Below, piece by piece: positions 61,397 through 64,000 of a stretch of 64,000 nucleotides of DNA. The stretch spans positions 4,718 to 68,717 of the forward strand of contig JAJZNK010000025.1 of the NCBI GenBank assembly GCA_021811735.1. Reading direction: 5' to 3'. Each line of letters begins with the position of its first letter. Positions within the stretch are counted from its first letter, which is position 1. The stretch comes from Nanobdellota archaeon. Its GTDB lineage: Archaea; Nanobdellota; Nanobdellia; Parvarchaeales; Parvarchaeaceae. The notes beneath the pieces are model-generated. The model had not been told where the DNA came from, ran no database searches, and worked only from the letters and a program-made list of their open reading frames with translations. Position numbers and translations under genes: made by a program.

Positions 61397-61856
61397 TTGC
61401 TAGCACTAGTAGTGTGGGTTGCTTTTGATCTTGTCGGATTGGGAGGATATTTTTTGAAATAGACAACCCAGATACTGAAGAGGGGATGGAGATTGCGTAT
61501 ATCATAATTGATGCATTTGCTATAATATTTTGGGTATTAGTCATAGCATTACCTTTCACCTCACTTATCATTGGATAGAAAGTTTAGTAAAATTCTCCGC
61601 ATTCGTTGAGCACATTTCTTCTCTTTTTTAGTATAGACTATCCTTTTCTTCTTTTTTCTCCTCGGAGTAATAGATGATAACCAGAATGCTCCTAAGTTAG
61701 CGATAATTCCTGTGATTAATATTGTAAGCGTCATGATTTGCGTTTTTGATAGCAGAATAAATGAAAACCAAATATAACTAAAACCTAAAAATAAAAAGGC
61801 AAGAAATAAAGAAAAGTGTTTTTTGTAAGACCTCTTTTTTCTCCCTTTTCTCGAAT

Positions 61857-61944
61857 TGCCCCGACCGGGATTTGAACCCGGGTTTCTGCCTGTCTTCCAA
61901 AAAGGTCGAAAGGGCAATGTCCTTGGCCGCTAGACTATCGGGGC
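61857..61944 (-). tRNA. tRNA-Glu (anticodon UUC) with 15-nt intron at canonical 37/38 position
   Basis: Hand fold: GCCCCGA UA GUCU-AGCGGCCAA-GGAC A UUGCC-CUUUCG[ACCUUUUUGGAAGAC]A-GGCAG AAAC CCGGG-UUCAAAU-CCCGG UCGGGGC A. Intron is at 61892-61906. Confidence 0.85.
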
Positions 61945-62000
61945 ATATTTTACCTAAAAGCCATTCAAACATTTAAACATGAGGAAATTTAAATATATGT

Positions 62001-63221
62001 ATGCCTAACGTAACGTTTTATTTCGAGGTCCATCAGCCTTACAGGCTAAAGAGAGTGTATTCTTTCATAGAGGACAAGGAATTCATAGATGTGGATAAAA
62101 ATCGCGAAATATTCAACAAGGTCGCTGATAAATGCTACATACCCATGACAAAGCTCCTTATAAGCCTAGCCAAAAAACATCCAGAATTCAAGGTAAATTT
62201 CTCTTTAACAGGAGTCTTCATGGAACAGGCTGAGATGTTTAGGCCAGAAGTGATAACACTATTTCAGGAACTGTTTGACACTGGTAGTATGGAGTTGCTG
62301 TCCGAGACTTATTACCATTCTTTATCATACTTGCTGGATAAGGGAGAATTCGTGGAACAGGTAAAAATGCACAAGTCTTTGATGTATCATTATTTCAAGT
62401 TCCATCCAAAGATTTTCAGAAATACGGAAGCATTATATTCAAATGATATAGCCAATACTGTTGCAAAAATGGGGTATAATGGGATAATTGCAGAAGGGTG
62501 GGATAGAATCCTTGGATGGAGATCACCGAATTACGTTTACATGAATCCAGAAAATAGCATTAAGGTTTTGCTTAGAAATTATAAATTAAGCGACGATGTG
62601 GCATTCAGGTTCTCTACGCCCACATGGAATGAATTCCCGCTTACCGCAGACAAGTATTCTAACTGGATATCGAACAATGAAGGGACGACAGTGAACCTTT
62701 TCATGGATTATGAGACCTTCGGAGAGCATCAGTGGAAAGAGACGGGCATATTTGATTTCATGACAGATCTTCCCGGCAAATTAATATCAAAAGGAGTAGG
62801 CTTCAACAAGGTTTCCGAGGCGATAAAGCCGAAAGCTGTAGGGGCAGTGGATGTTCCATATTATCTTTCATGGGCAGACATGGATAGAGACCTATCAGCG
62901 TGGCTCGGGAATAAAATGCAGGATGCAGCGTTCAAGAAACTGAAAGAGATACAGAGAGAAGTGATGCTGTCGAAAAACAAAGAACTTATAAAGAGGTGGA
63001 GGATATTGCAGACTTCAGATAATTTTTATTACATGTGCACGAAATGGTTTGCGGACGGAGATATACATAAATATTTCAACGCGTATTCATCACCGTACGT
63101 AGCGTACTTGAACTATATGAACATAATATCGCAACTCGATTCGACTATCAAATCTTTTTTAATGCTGCGTCGTAGGCCTGCATATAAACCGGAAGAAATT
63201 TTTCCCAGCCAAACTGACTAG
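62001..63221 (+). CDS. glycoside hydrolase family 57 (alpha-amylase / alpha-glucan-processing enzyme)
   Basis: N-terminal VTFYFEVHQPYRLK, plus WADMDRDLSAWLGN and EHQWKE-type motifs typical of GH57. 406 aa. Confidence 0.8.
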   Translation: MPNVTFYFEVHQPYRLKRVYSFIEDKEFIDVDKNREIFNKVADKCYIPMTKLLISLAKKHPEFKVNFSLTGVFMEQAEMFRPEVITLFQELFDTGSMELLSETYYHSLSYLLDKGEFVEQVKMHKSLMYHYFKFHPKIFRNTEALYSNDIANTVAKMGYNGIIAEGWDRILGWRSPNYVYMNPENSIKVLLRNYKLSDDVAFRFSTPTWNEFPLTADKYSNWISNNEGTTVNLFMDYETFGEHQWKETGIFDFMTDLPGKLISKGVGFNKVSEAIKPKAVGAVDVPYYLSWADMDRDLSAWLGNKMQDAAFKKLKEIQREVMLSKNKELIKRWRILQTSDNFYYMCTKWFADGDIHKYFNAYSSPYVAYLNYMNIISQLDSTIKSFLMLRRRPAYKPEEIFPSQTD

Positions 63222-64000
63222 CCAATTCATTAGCAGATAACTTGAGTTTTAGGAGGTCATCTTCGTTCATAAGAGCTATCTTCATCATGTCTTTAGCCGT
63301 CTGCGCAACACTTTCTTCCCTCCTTTTTCCCAGCATTCTCTCGACGAAAACACCTTTGTATGCGTTTTTGTAGTCATTCAGTAGGTACTGTCCAAAACCG
63401 CTGAAATCCGATGTAAAGGAGATGGACATGTAAGCCGCGGCTTCCAGAGGAGTGTAACCGAACGGTTCGTATTTTGAAAGAAAGAAACCAGCTGTCGAGA
63501 GCGCAAGCATCTCATAATACGTTAAGTTGAGAAGCTCATCTCCCACTGCAAGATATTTAGGATAGAATATTACTTTAACGTGGTTCGTTGAGGCGTTTTC
63601 TAACCCATTCTCGTGCAGTTTGTTGAGTATAGCGTCGTTGCCTTCAGGGTATGAAAGCATGAACGGTGTAAGAGGGGGATTTGTCGGCTTTGGTCTTCTA
63701 AGCTGTTTGAGCAGTTTTTTGGAATCGTTTATCATCTTATTGTATGCCTTATCAGTCGAGCCCTCTCTTACATCTATGGAAGAGGAAACAACAGTTTCGA
63801 AATTCTTAAGGTCCTCATCCATGGCTGATTTTATACTCATATAAGTAAGATAGTTTGCAACGACTTCGTTTCGCACACCGATGGTACCTGATGGAACTGC
63901 TATTAAGGCCACCACATAGTTGTCATCAGTGAGCATCTTGTCAAGTTTCCCTAATGCGTCTATGAATACGTCGTAACCTTTGTCATAGAATTCGTATCTA
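63148..64000 (-). CDS. glycogen(starch) synthase, eukaryote-like GT3 type, C-terminal part; gene continues past the right window edge
   Basis: LSKYEPFGYTPLEAAAYMSISFTSDFSGFG resembles the GT3 motif (P)SYYEPWGYTP.E. The frame stays open upstream of the track's Met (..RYEFYDKGYDVFIDALGKLDK-MLTDD). Confidence 0.7.
   Translation of the reverse strand, partial: RYEFYDKGYDVFIDALGKLDKMLTDDNYVVALIAVPSGTIGVRNEVVANYLTYMSIKSAMDEDLKNFETVVSSSIDVREGSTDKAYNKMINDSKKLLKQLRRPKPTNPPLTPFMLSYPEGNDAILNKLHENGLENASTNHVKVIFYPKYLAVGDELLNLTYYEMLALSTAGFFLSKYEPFGYTPLEAAAYMSISFTSDFSGFGQYLLNDYKNAYKGVFVERMLGKRREESVAQTAKDMMKIALMNEDDLLKLKLSANELASQFGWEKFLPVYMQAYDAALKKI

Noticed and set aside
61561-61917. 118-aa minus-strand ORF, and the nearby 61374-61571 and 61778-61972 ORFs
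   Set aside because: The 5' part overlaps tRNA-Glu. Downstream of the tRNA the first ATG gives only a 57-aa single-TM peptide (MTLTILITG...), which I cannot support beyond hydrophobicity.

Overview
This is an AT-rich, very gene-dense archaeal chromosomal window. All family calls come from motif recognition by eye; no searches were run. Archaeal hallmarks are TFB, aIF5B, eL15, eL33, Trm1, GINS, Hef, SecF/SecD and a tRNA-Glu with a 15-nt intron at position 37/38. TATA-to-ATG spacing looks leaderless, gene overlaps of 1-4 nt are common, and several convergent genes share stop codons. Shortened or degenerate enzymes and fragmented r-protein and nuo operons suggest a small-genome, possibly DPANN-like archaeon, but the taxon cannot be fixed from this window. 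Housekeeping content: partial HIT, TrmB-like regulator, SMC, KsgA, uL2-uS19-uL22-uS3-uL29, nuoJKLMN, stomatin, RNase Z, TatD, NDK, aIF5B, TFB, Trm1, eL33, GINS-Hef, eL15, MinD, SecF-SecD, ArgRS, GH57 plus a partial GT3-type glycogen synthase, and three tRNAs (Thr-UGU, Thr-CGU, Glu-UUC). The accessory content is dominated by at least 13 genes with type IV pilin-like (class III signal) N-termini in five loci. These include a tight five-gene operon of Cys-rich, sequon-rich secreted proteins (37.7-41.2 kb). They also include four micro-ORFs of 46-57 aa, absent from the ORF track, behind a 577-aa orphan (33.2-35.6 kb). Every predicted surface protein has an even Cys count by hand count, and a membrane-anchored CxxC thioredoxin-like gene lies nearby. 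Other highlights: tandem RHH-fused sugar nucleotidyltransferase paralogs with a 170-bp perfect identity tract; a GC-richer M20 peptidase plus GNAT segment bracketed by IS debris, next to a truncated M20 paralog; a tRNA-Thr with a non-canonical T-loop; and tRNAs packed into mRNA operons. No rRNA gene or CRISPR array was found.
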